Position numbers and translations under genes: made by a program
Part shown: positions 1-9,565 of the stretch, piece by piece
How positions within the stretch are numbered: the stretch's first letter is position 1
Layout: the number at the start of each line of letters is the position of its first letter
Source: an uncultured Bacilli bacterium
GTDB taxonomy: Bacteria; Bacillota_I; Bacilli_A; RF39; UBA660
DNA length: 64,000 nucleotides
Assembly: GCA_944358875.1 (NCBI GenBank)
Contig: CALVRZ010000001.1
Span: 20,214 to 84,213, forward strand
Reading direction: 5' to 3'
Notes under the pieces: model-generated
The model's database searches: none
What the model was told of the DNA's origin: nothing
What the model saw: only the letters and a program-made list of their open reading frames with translations

Positions 1-824
1 TTGTCCAGTATTTTAATTCTTTATTTGCAGATTTTGATAAAGAGAAAGAAAGTAAAGATATTTTTAGAGAAAATAGTAAAATACTTAAACAGAAAATTGA
101 AAATATTAATAAAGTTGTTTACGATATTTATATTCAGATTGATGATATTAAGCTAACTTATGATTTGTCAGATGAAGAAATTAATAAATTTAGTATTCTT
201 AATCGTAATTTGGAGCAGATTAACGAAGATTATAAAGCTTTAATGGCTCATGGAAGAGGTAAGACTTTTGCTTATTCAAAACTAGTGTCAGAACTTGATG
301 GATTAAGTATTAAATTATCGAGGTTACAAGATGATTTAGATTATCAATTAAGATCAATTACAAGTATGAAAGATGATGAGTATAGAGCTAAGGAACAATT
401 GGCTACGATTCAAAGATTACTCAAAGAGTCAAGAAATAAGCTTAAGGATTATAAGATACCTGTTATTCCTAATAGTTATTATATTGAACTTAGAGAGGCA
501 CAAGAAGCAATTCGGGAAATTATTAAGGAACTTGATAAGAAACCAATTGTTATTAAAATTTTAAATATTCGTGTAGATACAGCGAGAGATTTGGTGTTTA
601 AAATCTTTAATAAAACAAATGATATGGTTAAAAGTGCAATGATTAGTGAAAAACTTATTGTCTATGGTAATAGATATCGTAGTAGTTATCCCGAGATTGA
701 TCAAGGACTTAAACAGGCTACAGAATTATTTTATAAAGGACAATATAAAAATTCTTTTGATACTTCGGTTCAGACATTGCAAAAGGTTGATAGTGATGTG
801 TTAAAAAAAATAGAGACATTATAA
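1..824 (+). CDS. ezrA: Septation ring formation regulator EzrA, C-terminal part; 5' end lies outside the window (frame open from nt 3, no start codon)
   Basis: Open frame from the window edge. Long K/E/L/Q-rich coiled-coil sequence with a C-terminal segment (QATELFYKGQYKNSFDTSVQTLQKVD) of the kind seen in EzrA C-termini. Confidence 0.5.
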   Translation, partial: VQYFNSLFADFDKEKESKDIFRENSKILKQKIENINKVVYDIYIQIDDIKLTYDLSDEEINKFSILNRNLEQINEDYKALMAHGRGKTFAYSKLVSELDGLSIKLSRLQDDLDYQLRSITSMKDDEYRAKEQLATIQRLLKESRNKLKDYKIPVIPNSYYIELREAQEAIREIIKELDKKPIVIKILNIRVDTARDLVFKIFNKTNDMVKSAMISEKLIVYGNRYRSSYPEIDQGLKQATELFYKGQYKNSFDTSVQTLQKVDSDVLKKIETL

Positions 825-887
825 AAAAACATTGCAATTTTAGTTAAAGTATGATAGTATTAATATAGAGTAAAGAGGAGGAAAAAA

Positions 888-1937
888 ATGAGCTTTGTTG
901 AATTTTTGATGGAATATTATATCTATATATTGATCGTTTTAGTTTTAATGATTATTACTATTATTGGCTTTTTAGCTGATAAAAGGGACAAGAAGAAAAA
1001 GAAAAATAAGAAAGATGCTAGTGTAAGTGATAATGTTAGTGTTAATGCTAATACTAATGTAGGTGGAAATGTTTCTCAACCAATGGAGAATATTGCACCA
1101 ACACCATTACAACCGCAAAACTTAGATGTTAATATGAGTAATGCGAATATGAATACGGCAATAAATAGTAATGTTAATCCTAATATGGGAATGAATAGTG
1201 GTATTGCTAGTCAAAATATTCTGGAACAACCTTTAATTAGAGAAGAGGTACCTAATCAAGTAGCTAGCACGACTGATACTAATAGTGATGTTAATAGTTT
1301 AGGGTATAAGCCTTTAGATGAGCAGAAGCCTAAAATTGCTCCTAGACCAGTTGAAATACCTAGTGAGAATGCTATGGGTAATGTTGATAGTAATTTAGGA
1401 AACGTTGGTGTTACACCTAATGTTAATCCTACACCAACACCAGTAGCTCCTAATATGAATCAAACACCTGTGATGGAACAACCAACGATGAGTGTTAACC
1501 CTATACCAACGATTAATCAAACATTTAATTCTGGAGTTGGTACTGGTGTTACACCTTCAGTACAAAATCCACAAACACAGGCTAGCGTTAATACAATGCC
1601 TGCTACTAATCCGGTTCCTGGAGCACCCGTTGTTAATAGTTGGGATGTTAATCCAACACCAAGTGTTAATCCGACAGTGATTACACCAGAGCCAACGATG
1701 GGACAAACAGTAAGTCCTATGCCTAATACGAGTAATACGACTTCAACACCAATGCAACCTAATGTTAATCCAGTTCCTACTAATGTAGGAATCAACGTTA
1801 GTCAACCTGCTAGTCAAGTTACTGCAACACCACAACCTCAACAACAAGCTAGTGGAATGAATTTTGTATATGGTCAGGAAACACCGACAAATGCTAATAA
1901 TCAAGTGAATAATAATCAGGATTTATGGAAATTATAG
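888..1937 (+). CDS. Membrane-anchored low-complexity protein: N-terminal TM helix, Lys-rich linker, then Asn/Pro/Thr/Val/Gln-rich repeats (NVNP, NPTP motifs)
   Basis: Strong RBS (AGGAGG) 7 nt upstream. Hydrophobic segment at aa 10-30. Remainder is compositionally biased and repetitive. Confidence 0.45.
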   Translation: MSFVEFLMEYYIYILIVLVLMIITIIGFLADKRDKKKKKNKKDASVSDNVSVNANTNVGGNVSQPMENIAPTPLQPQNLDVNMSNANMNTAINSNVNPNMGMNSGIASQNILEQPLIREEVPNQVASTTDTNSDVNSLGYKPLDEQKPKIAPRPVEIPSENAMGNVDSNLGNVGVTPNVNPTPTPVAPNMNQTPVMEQPTMSVNPIPTINQTFNSGVGTGVTPSVQNPQTQASVNTMPATNPVPGAPVVNSWDVNPTPSVNPTVITPEPTMGQTVSPMPNTSNTTSTPMQPNVNPVPTNVGINVSQPASQVTATPQPQQQASGMNFVYGQETPTNANNQVNNNQDLWKL

Positions 1938-1984
1938 ATTTAGGTTTTTCCTAAATCTTTTATACCTATTAAGGAGGGATTACG

Positions 1985-2593
1985 ATGAATGACGAAGAAA
2001 TTATGAAACGCTTTAATGCATCTTTAGCGGAAGATAATAAGCAAACGCCAGTTACACCGTATCATGCTACCGGTAATCTTAATACGGCAATTGGTAATCC
2101 TAATATTAATGTTAATGATCCTATGAATGTTAATATTCAAAATGGTGGTTTAAATACTAATAATACTTCTTCAGCAGTACCACCAGTTGATTTGTTAAAA
2201 CCTGAAAGTCAAATTTCTAATGGAATGCCAGTAGGGGAACAACCATCAACTAATTTTAATAATAATTCTAATGTGGTACTTAATCTTAATCAACCATCTG
2301 TTGCGCCAAATATGAATGGTCAAGGAGAACAACAAAGTGCCTCACAGAATACCAATTATCAACCAGATGTGACCGAGCAATATATTCCTAATCAAGAATT
2401 ACAGGGTGACCAAGTATATAAAACGACAACTTATATTTCGACTCAACCATCAATGACGCAAAAGAAAAAGAAGACAGTGAAACTTACACTATCTCCTGAA
2501 ACAAAAATTGCAATGGTAATTGCTTTAATCTTATTTATTTTTATTATGGTAATGCCAACTATTTATGATTTTATTAGAAATATACGTTTTTAG
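1985..2593 (+). CDS. Asn/Pro-rich low-complexity protein with a C-terminal TM helix (tail-anchored topology), compositionally related to the preceding gene
   Basis: RBS AAGGAGGG. N/P/Q-rich body, KKKK stretch, hydrophobic C-terminus IAMVIALILFIFIMVMPTIY. Confidence 0.4.
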   Translation: MNDEEIMKRFNASLAEDNKQTPVTPYHATGNLNTAIGNPNINVNDPMNVNIQNGGLNTNNTSSAVPPVDLLKPESQISNGMPVGEQPSTNFNNNSNVVLNLNQPSVAPNMNGQGEQQSASQNTNYQPDVTEQYIPNQELQGDQVYKTTTYISTQPSMTQKKKKTVKLTLSPETKIAMVIALILFIFIMVMPTIYDFIRNIRF

Positions 2594-2891
2594 GATGAGA
2601 TGATAATTCAATGATTAAATCAAAATTATCATCATCGGCAACAATATTTTTATGAATTTTGTTACATTTGGAACACTTATAAATTATTTTATAAGTGTTT
2701 TTAAATTTTTCTATACCAATTGGAATTAATAATCCTTGACATTGATTAGATCTGTCGCCGGGATTAATATCGACGTGTTTAGAGTACAAACAATAAGGAC
2801 AGTGGTCTCTAGCGGTATATTTTAGCTTTTCAACGTGTTTGTGACAATTTTCACAGATGAATTCTTCATCGATCATATTAAATTTTTTCAT
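2574..2891 (-). CDS. RNHCP domain-containing small Cys-rich (zinc-ribbon-like) protein
   Basis: CENCHKH...RDHCPYC...CSKCNK cysteine pairs with the R-D-H-C-P signature. Convergent with the upstream gene and overlaps it by 20 nt. Confidence 0.5.
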   Translation of the reverse strand: MKKFNMIDEEFICENCHKHVEKLKYTARDHCPYCLYSKHVDINPGDRSNQCQGLLIPIGIEKFKNTYKIIYKCSKCNKIHKNIVADDDNFDLIIELSSHPKNVYF

Positions 2892-3018
2892 TATCTCACC
2901 AAATTCATTATATCATTTATATTTTATATTGTAAATTATAGAAAAGATAATTAATTTTATGATATCAGAACTTGTATTAAATTATTCTATATATTATAAT
3001 TTATATAAGAGGTGGATT

Positions 3019-3714
3019 ATGAATAGAGAATTAAAAATACCAAATCATGTTGCGATTATATTGGATGGTAATGGTCGGTGGGCAACGGAGAGAGGATTAA
3101 AAAGAAGTAAAGGTCATGATGCAGGATTTAAAAACTTGAAAACACTTAGTGACTATATTTTAACTTGTGGGGTTAAAATACTTAGCGTTTTTGCTTTTTC
3201 GACAGAAAATTTTAAGCGAAGTAAAGAAGAAGTAGATTATTTAATGAATTTATTTGTTACAGGTTTCAAAAAAGAAAGAAATTATTTTGTTGAAAGAAAT
3301 ATTAAGGTTATTTTTTCAGGACGAAAAGTTAATTTAAGAAAAGATGTAGTTAAAGCAATGAATGAACTTGAAAAGATTACTAAAGATGGGACAAAGGGTA
3401 TTCTTAATATTTGTTTAAATTATGGAGGACAAAGTGAGATTGTTGATGCTGTTAATAATATTATTTTAGATGGTGTTAAGGAAGTTGATGAAGAAACTTT
3501 TAGTAAATATTTATATCAAGAACTACCTCCGATTGATTTGATGATTAGAACAAGTGGGGAACTTAGAATTAGTAATTTTATGTTATGGCAACTAGCTTAT
3601 GCAGAATTGTATTTTTCTAATACTTATTTTCCTGATTTTGATGAAAAAGAATTTGATAAGGCATTAGTAGAATATACTAAACGAGACCGGCGATTTGGTG
3701 GTATTAAGAAGTAA
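3019..3714 (+). CDS. uppS: Isoprenyl transferase (undecaprenyl-diphosphate synthase)
   Basis: Canonical N-terminus HVAIILDGNGRWA, plus FSTENFKR, SGELRISNFMLWQ and RRFGG motifs. Start chosen at the ATG preceding MNRELKIP (the ORF track's upstream extension has no RBS). Confidence 0.9.
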   Translation: MNRELKIPNHVAIILDGNGRWATERGLKRSKGHDAGFKNLKTLSDYILTCGVKILSVFAFSTENFKRSKEEVDYLMNLFVTGFKKERNYFVERNIKVIFSGRKVNLRKDVVKAMNELEKITKDGTKGILNICLNYGGQSEIVDAVNNIILDGVKEVDEETFSKYLYQELPPIDLMIRTSGELRISNFMLWQLAYAELYFSNTYFPDFDEKEFDKALVEYTKRDRRFGGIKK

Positions 3715-3716
3715 TT

Positions 3717-3752
3717 AGGTTGTTCGTAAAGACAACCTTTTTTTTATTTCAT
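3717..3752 (+). terminator. Rho-independent terminator after uppS (GGTTGT-TCGTAAA-GACAACC + T8)
   Basis: Perfect 7-bp stem followed by a T-run. Confidence 0.6.
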
Positions 3753-3777
3753 ATAATACCTATGAAGGAGGGATTTG

Positions 3778-4662
3778 ATGGTTAAAACTTATAGTTATGC
3801 TAAAGATAAAGATGTTTTTTTGACAACGCATTTTAAAGTAGGAGAATTTCGAAGTTTTAATGATAAAACGGGGAAGCTTACAACTGATAAAATATTAATT
3901 GATGAAAATTTACCAGTAATGCTTGAAAATCTATATAGCCTTTTGGATAATAAATATGGTCTTAAGTCCATCGTTATTAATAGTGGTTATCGAAGTGATG
4001 ATTTTGAAGAATCTCTATCTGGTGGTGTTAGAGGTGGAACACATACGCAAGGAAAAGGTGCAGATATTGTTTGTTATAATAAAAAAGGAAGTGTTATTAA
4101 TAATAAAGAAGTTTGTTGTTTAGCTGAAGATATAGGATTTAAGGGTATAGGTTATGGTGGAACATATAGCCACGTCGATGTTCGAGATACTAAAAGTTTT
4201 TTTGATGAAACGAATGGAAAAACGGGAATTAGTAGCTTTTATAGTTATTTTAATATAGCTAAGGTAGATGATAATAGTGATACTCTTAATTATAAGATTG
4301 GAGATATAGTGTCTATTAATGGGGTATATGTATCAAGCGACGCTACAGAAAAATTAGTTCCAAAGATAAAGAAGGGAAAAATTACGAAGATAAAGTTAGG
4401 AAGTAAGAATCCATATTTGTTAGATGATGGTGCGATTGGTTGGGTAAATGATAGTGTTATTGTTAGTAATATTTACTTAGCTAATTTATCTTATGATGGC
4501 GATTCTATTGTCGATGCACTTTCTTTAATTGGTGTTGATAGTTCATATAACAATCGCAGTAAACTTGCTAAAGCGAACGGTATTACTAATTATAGTGGTA
4601 CAGCAGAACAAAATCTTAAATTACTTAGTTTACTTAAAAAGGGAGAACTTATTAGTATATAG
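3778..4662 (+). CDS. Peptidase M15-family zinc D,D-/L,D-peptidase-like cell-wall hydrolase with a C-terminal SH3b-like / cell-wall-binding-like region
   Basis: H-x(6)-D in HTQGKGADI plus downstream SHVDVRD (hedgehog/DD-peptidase Zn ligands). RBS GAAGGAGGG. The track's first codon is TTG; ATG at 3778 preferred. Confidence 0.55.
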   Translation: MVKTYSYAKDKDVFLTTHFKVGEFRSFNDKTGKLTTDKILIDENLPVMLENLYSLLDNKYGLKSIVINSGYRSDDFEESLSGGVRGGTHTQGKGADIVCYNKKGSVINNKEVCCLAEDIGFKGIGYGGTYSHVDVRDTKSFFDETNGKTGISSFYSYFNIAKVDDNSDTLNYKIGDIVSINGVYVSSDATEKLVPKIKKGKITKIKLGSKNPYLLDDGAIGWVNDSVIVSNIYLANLSYDGDSIVDALSLIGVDSSYNNRSKLAKANGITNYSGTAEQNLKLLSLLKKGELISI

Positions 4663-4690
4663 TTCTTCTTTTTTTATTGATGTTTAAAAT

Positions 4691-4744
4691 AATGACTTCT
4701 TTTGCTGTGAACTTAGTGACTTTTAATGAGAAATTTGATACAAT
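4691..4744 (+). repeat. 54-bp direct repeat, copy 1 (promoter-like, ends in extended -10 TGATACAAT), upstream of the DUF1016 gene
   Basis: AATGACTTCTTTTGCTGTGAACTTAGTGACTTTTAATGAGAAATTTGATACAAT. Repeated at 5809-5862 with 3 mismatches. Confidence 0.8.
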
Positions 4745-4769
4745 TTAGATTAAAGATTGGAGGTTATTT

Positions 4770-5810
4770 ATGGATAAGAATTTAATATATAATGATAATG
4801 AAATAAATCATATATTTGATAATATCAAAGAATTAGTTATTAATAGTAGGAATAAAGTTTATTCTACTATTAATACTGAGATGCTTAATTTATATTGGAA
4901 TATAGGTAAAGCTATCATGGAGATACAACAAGGTGATGAAAGAGCTAGTTATGGTGAAACGGTACTTGAAAAGTTATCTAAAAAATTAACTGATGAATTT
5001 GGAAAAGGATTTTCTATAATAAATTTAAGAAGAATGAGAAAATTTTATTGTTTATTTCCAATTCGTTCAACAGTGTTGAACGAATTAAGTTGGTCTCATT
5101 ATCTTGAAATAATAAAAATAGAAGAAGAACCTAAAAGAAATTTCTATATAAAAGAAACTATTAATTCGAGATGGAGTGTTCGAGAACTCCAAAGACAAAT
5201 TGGTTCACTATTATATGAAAGACTAACATTATCTACTAATAAGGATAAAATATTAGAACTAGCTTTAAAGGGACATGAATTAAAAAATGGTAAAGATTTA
5301 GTGAAAGATCCTTTTGTTTTAGAATTTTTGGATATTAAGGAAAATACTGATTATTTAGAATCTGATTTAGAAAAAAATATTCTAGAACATTTAAAAGATT
5401 TTTTATTAGAGTTGGGAAAAGGTTTTATGTTTGTTGGTTCTCAGGTAAGATTAACATTAGAAGAAGATCATTTTTATCCGGATTTAGTTTTCTATAATAG
5501 ACTTTTAAAATGTTTTGTAATAATAGATTTAAAAATTGGAAAAGTATCTCATCAGGATATTGGACAAATGCAAATGTATGTTAATTATTATGATAGAGAA
5601 ATAAAAAATGATGACGAAAATCCTACAGTTGGTATTTTATTATCGACATTAAAAAATAAAACGGTTGTTAAATATACATTACCTGAGGATAATAAGAATA
5701 TCTTTTCTTCAAGTTATAAGTTGCATCTTCCTACAGAACAAGAATTAATTGAGGCGGTTGAAGAAGAAAAAAAGAATTTACAATTAAATGAGGAACAAAA
5801 GGTAAAATAA
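4770..5810 (+). CDS. PDDEXK nuclease-domain protein, YhcG/DUF1016 family
   Basis: N-terminal DUF1016 signature (LYWNIGKAI, LSWSHYLEI) and C-terminal PD-(D/E)xK-like region (DLVFYNRLLKCFVIIDLKIGK). Confidence 0.6.
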   Translation: MDKNLIYNDNEINHIFDNIKELVINSRNKVYSTINTEMLNLYWNIGKAIMEIQQGDERASYGETVLEKLSKKLTDEFGKGFSIINLRRMRKFYCLFPIRSTVLNELSWSHYLEIIKIEEEPKRNFYIKETINSRWSVRELQRQIGSLLYERLTLSTNKDKILELALKGHELKNGKDLVKDPFVLEFLDIKENTDYLESDLEKNILEHLKDFLLELGKGFMFVGSQVRLTLEEDHFYPDLVFYNRLLKCFVIIDLKIGKVSHQDIGQMQMYVNYYDREIKNDDENPTVGILLSTLKNKTVVKYTLPEDNKNIFSSSYKLHLPTEQELIEAVEEEKKNLQLNEEQKVK

Positions 5811-5862
5811 TGTCTTCTTTTGCTGTGAACTTAGTGACTTTTGATGAGAAATTTGGTACAAT
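5809..5862 (+). repeat. 54-bp direct repeat, copy 2, immediately upstream of eno (likely the eno promoter)
   Basis: 51/54 identical to 4691-4744. -10 TACAAT sits 18 nt before the eno ATG. Confidence 0.8.
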
Positions 5863-5879
5863 ATAATTGGTGATAAAAA

Positions 5880-7106
5880 ATGAAAAAGATAATTGATATT
5901 AAAGGTAGAGAAATTCTTGATTCAAGAGGTAATCCTACCGTTGAAGTAGATGTAATATTAGATGATGGTATTAAAGCTACGGCTTCAGTTCCAAGTGGTG
6001 CTTCGACAGGAGTACATGAAGCTTTAGAGCTTAGAGATGGAGATAAAAATAGATATAATGGGAAAGGTGTTTTAAAAGCTGTTAATCATGTTAATAATGA
6101 AATTAAAACATCTTTACTAGGAATGAATATTGATGATTTAGCAGCAATTGATAAGAAAATGTTAGAATTAGATGGTACGGATAATAAATCTAATTTAGGT
6201 GCTAATGCTATTTTAGGAGTATCATTGGCGTGTCTTAAGGCTGGTGCTTTAGCTAATAATAAGAAATTATTTGAATATGTTGGTGATGGTAAAACTTTAC
6301 CTAAATGTATGATGAATATTTTAAATGGGGGAGCACATGCAGCGAATGGACTTGCTTTTCAGGAATTTATGATTGTACCTCAGTTAGATGATTATTTAGC
6401 TAATTTACAAATGGGTTCTGAAATATTTCATAGTTTACAATCTTTACTTAAAGAGAAAAACTTAAGTTGTGGTGTTGGTGATGAAGGTGGTTTTGCACCG
6501 ATGATTGATACTACTTATCAGGCTTTAGATTTAGTTAAAGAAGCGGTAAATAGATCAGGATATATATTAGGTAGTGATGTTTGTTTAGCAATGGATGTGG
6601 CGGCTTCAGAATTTTATGAAGATGGTTATTATGTTTTTGAAAATAAAAAGTATAATAGTGAAGAGATGGCTAATTATTATCTTGATTTAATTAGTAAATA
6701 TCCTATTATTTCAATTGAAGATGGAATGGCTGAAGATGATTATGATGGCTGGATCTTACTTACGAAATTACTTGGCGATAAGATTTTATTAGTTGGCGAT
6801 GATTTATTTGTTACAAATAAAAAATTATTACAAGTTGGTATAGATAAGCATATGGCTAATGCTATTTTGCTTAAAGTTAATCAGATTGGTAGTGTAACTG
6901 AAACTTTAGAGACAATTAAATTAGCTAAAGATAATGGCTATAAAACAATTATTTCACATCGAAGCGGCGAAACAGAAGACAATTATATTGCTGATTTAGC
7001 GGTGGGACTTGATCTTGGGGTGATTAAAACAGGTTCAATGTCAAGAAGTGATCGCTTAGCTAAATATAATCAATTGATTAGAATAAATGAAGTAGTTAAT
7101 AAGTAG
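5880..7106 (+). CDS. eno: Enolase (phosphopyruvate hydratase)
   Basis: MKKIIDIKGREILDSRGNPTVEVDV, SGASTG, and the catalytic motif around IEDG. Confidence 0.95.
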   Translation: MKKIIDIKGREILDSRGNPTVEVDVILDDGIKATASVPSGASTGVHEALELRDGDKNRYNGKGVLKAVNHVNNEIKTSLLGMNIDDLAAIDKKMLELDGTDNKSNLGANAILGVSLACLKAGALANNKKLFEYVGDGKTLPKCMMNILNGGAHAANGLAFQEFMIVPQLDDYLANLQMGSEIFHSLQSLLKEKNLSCGVGDEGGFAPMIDTTYQALDLVKEAVNRSGYILGSDVCLAMDVAASEFYEDGYYVFENKKYNSEEMANYYLDLISKYPIISIEDGMAEDDYDGWILLTKLLGDKILLVGDDLFVTNKKLLQVGIDKHMANAILLKVNQIGSVTETLETIKLAKDNGYKTIISHRSGETEDNYIADLAVGLDLGVIKTGSMSRSDRLAKYNQLIRINEVVNK

Positions 7107-7113
7107 GTGTTGT

Positions 7114-7611
7114 ATGAAAAAGATAATTGTGGTATTTGGTTTTGTATTAATTTTTTTGGTAGGATGTAGTAGTGATGTAAAGGTTGCGGTCGATAATACA
7201 GTTGAGGAAGAAAAAAATGATTATGTGACATATAAGAATAATTTACAGAGTGTTTCTGAATTTACATCAGAAGATGAAATTCCTTGTGACATTACTACTT
7301 CAATAGATAGAGTTAATGAAGAAGAAGTTAGTTACCGAGCTATTTTTGATAATCCTAAAGTTGATATGTACGATATTAAGGCTTTGATTATTCACGATTA
7401 TTTTACGGAAGATATTTTTCCTTCGATTGGTATTTTTGATGAAACAGAAGATTTAATTATTGGTGATGAAGAAGTTAAGGGAATTCAATTAGTAGGTTAT
7501 ATAAAAACTAAAGAAGAAATTGAAAATTTAAATTTAGAACTTAGAATTTGGATTGAATATAAAGATGTAACGGGAGAAACTAAGACAATATATTATAAAC
7601 CGACAAAATAA
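7114..7611 (+). CDS. Lipoprotein of unknown function
   Basis: Signal peptide with lipobox LVGC-SS. Confidence 0.5.
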   Translation: MKKIIVVFGFVLIFLVGCSSDVKVAVDNTVEEEKNDYVTYKNNLQSVSEFTSEDEIPCDITTSIDRVNEEEVSYRAIFDNPKVDMYDIKALIIHDYFTEDIFPSIGIFDETEDLIIGDEEVKGIQLVGYIKTKEEIENLNLELRIWIEYKDVTGETKTIYYKPTK

Positions 7612-7649
7612 TACTTTAGTTTTTGATATATTGTTTTGGGTGATAAAAA

Positions 7650-7814
7650 ATGAAAGTTAAAGTTTTTGATGAATCACATGAGAAAGATTTAGAAAATAGC
7701 ATTAATGAATTTATTGTTGAAAAGGAAATTATTGATATTAAATTTTCGGTTTCAACCTCGATATTTAGTGATGAACAAATTTATTGTTTTTCGGCTTTAA
7801 TTATGTATAAGTAG
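7650..7814 (+). CDS. Cse60/YteV-like small protein (54 aa); below the ORF-track length cutoff
   Basis: MKVKVFDESHEKDLENSINEFI...IDIKFSVS...EQIYCFSALIMYK matches the pattern VKxFDxxHEKDLExxxNxF...QIYCFSA that I recall for Cse60 (a sigma-E-controlled sporulation protein in Bacillus). Confidence 0.4.
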   Translation: MKVKVFDESHEKDLENSINEFIVEKEIIDIKFSVSTSIFSDEQIYCFSALIMYK

Positions 7815-7825
7815 GATGGTGGATT

Positions 7826-9565
7826 ATGAAAGAAAAAAGAGGGTTTACTTTAATTGAATTGCTAGCTGTTATATTAATTTTAGGTATTATAATGTCAATT
7901 AGTACTTATTTTATGTTTAATAGTAATAAGGATGCTGAAAATGAAGTTAATTATATTAATGAAAACGGTATTTTAAATTCTGCTTCTTTTTATACAACTG
8001 AATATAATAAAAATTTAATTTGGAATGAAGATGAGAATGCGGCTTGTATTTCAATAAATACACTTATCAATAGGGGGTATTTTGAACGAGATGATATTGT
8101 AGCTAGTGGATATGATAAATATAGTGTTAAAGTTACAGAAGTTGGCGATAAAGTATATAATTATGAATTAGTTAATGATATTTATTGTTATTTTAAAGAT
8201 TTTATTGATCCTACGATATCAATAGATGGTGATAATCCATTAATTAAAAATTATGGCGAAAGTTTTGACTTATGGAGCGATGTTACAGTTGATGGTACTG
8301 GTAGTGATGTTATTTCAAAATATATTTTAAATGGCGATAAGAGAATTAATAACACCAATGAACTTCAAGTTGGTGAATATGTTATTAATTATTATGTAAT
8401 GGATACTTTTGAAAATGAAGCAAAAATGGAAAGACAAGTACATATTATTGATAATGTTTCTCCTACGATTGATTTTGAGACACCAATAGTTAAAGCTTTA
8501 GGTGAAGATTTTGATTTGTGGAGTGATGTTACTGTCAAAGATTTAGAAAGTGGTATTGATAATAATTCAAAAAAAGTAATTAATAAGGATAACAATCAAG
8601 TAATTACTAATACTAAGGATTTAGAAATTGGTACATATAATTTTACTTATTCAGTAAGTGATAAAGTGGGGAATGAGGTTACTAAAGATAGACAGATTCA
8701 AATAATACTTTCTGATAAGAAGTTTGAGTATAAAGGATATGAAGAAGAATTTGTTGTTCCGGCGACAGGATATTATTTTGTGGATGCAAATGGGGCTGGT
8801 ACTAATATAGGCGGTGGCTTAGGTGGTAATGTTACTGGTTATATTTATTTACAACAAGGCGAAGTTTTAAAAATAAAAGTTGGAGGTACGAATGGTTATA
8901 ATGGTGGTGCTAAATCATCAAAGAGTGATGGAATGACAGGTGGTGGTGCAACAACGTTAACTAAAAATGGCAAAACTTTAATTACAGCAGCGGGAGCTGG
9001 TGGACCTACATATTCTTGTAAAACACCTTTATATAAAGTAGATAAACCAAATACTTTTAAATTTCCTGATGACAGTTATTGTTTTCCTTTCGATAAAGAT
9101 GCTAATCTAAATGGTGGTTTAGGTGATGGTTATGGTCCTGGAGGAAATGGTACAAATGGTGGTGGTGGCGCTGGTATTGCTGGTGATTTTGAGACATCTT
9201 GTTTGGGAGCTAATCCGCAATGCGAAGAATATGAACAAAAAATTTGTATTCAATGGGAAGAGGTTTGTGTTGATATACCTGCTTATTGTGTACAGTGGAG
9301 TCCTTTGGGTTACTGTAAAAGATATACTAAGCCTCAGCATATTTGTTACGAGGGCGGTGATTGTGTTAAATGGAATATTATAGAGAGCGTTCGTAATTGT
9401 CAATTTGAATATTATATGTGTACAGCATCAGCAGTTGGTGAACCAGGTAGAGGTGGCAAAAGTAGTGTTTCTAGTGAGGTTATTAATGTTAACTATATTC
9501 ATGGTGAATCAGAAAATTATTATAATGGTGATTTGACAATTAAATATGTAGGTGAGAGTCTATGA
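7826..9565 (+). CDS. Prepilin-type N-terminal cleavage/methylation-domain protein (type IV pilin-like) with two Ig-like repeats (DUF5011-like, DFDLWSDVTV motif) and a Gly-rich then Cys-rich C-terminal region
   Basis: KRGFTLIELLAVILILGIIMSI class-III prepilin motif. Two ~70-aa repeats. GGGLGGN...GGNGTNGGGGAGIAG followed by 12 Cys in ~110 aa. Confidence 0.6.
   Translation: MKEKRGFTLIELLAVILILGIIMSISTYFMFNSNKDAENEVNYINENGILNSASFYTTEYNKNLIWNEDENAACISINTLINRGYFERDDIVASGYDKYSVKVTEVGDKVYNYELVNDIYCYFKDFIDPTISIDGDNPLIKNYGESFDLWSDVTVDGTGSDVISKYILNGDKRINNTNELQVGEYVINYYVMDTFENEAKMERQVHIIDNVSPTIDFETPIVKALGEDFDLWSDVTVKDLESGIDNNSKKVINKDNNQVITNTKDLEIGTYNFTYSVSDKVGNEVTKDRQIQIILSDKKFEYKGYEEEFVVPATGYYFVDANGAGTNIGGGLGGNVTGYIYLQQGEVLKIKVGGTNGYNGGAKSSKSDGMTGGGATTLTKNGKTLITAAGAGGPTYSCKTPLYKVDKPNTFKFPDDSYCFPFDKDANLNGGLGDGYGPGGNGTNGGGGAGIAGDFETSCLGANPQCEEYEQKICIQWEEVCVDIPAYCVQWSPLGYCKRYTKPQHICYEGGDCVKWNIIESVRNCQFEYYMCTASAVGEPGRGGKSSVSSEVINVNYIHGESENYYNGDLTIKYVGESL

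Noticed and set aside
1517-1795. Minus-strand 92-aa ORF, and the plus-strand 62-aa ORF at 1492-1680, inside the Asn/Pro-rich gene
   Set aside because: Alternative-frame or antisense readings of a repetitive low-complexity region. Gly/Val/Thr-rich with no start context.
9119-9403. Overlapping plus- and minus-strand ORFs inside the pilin-like gene's Gly-rich region
   Set aside because: Generated by GGN repeat periodicity. The long 579-aa frame with the prepilin leader is the credible one.
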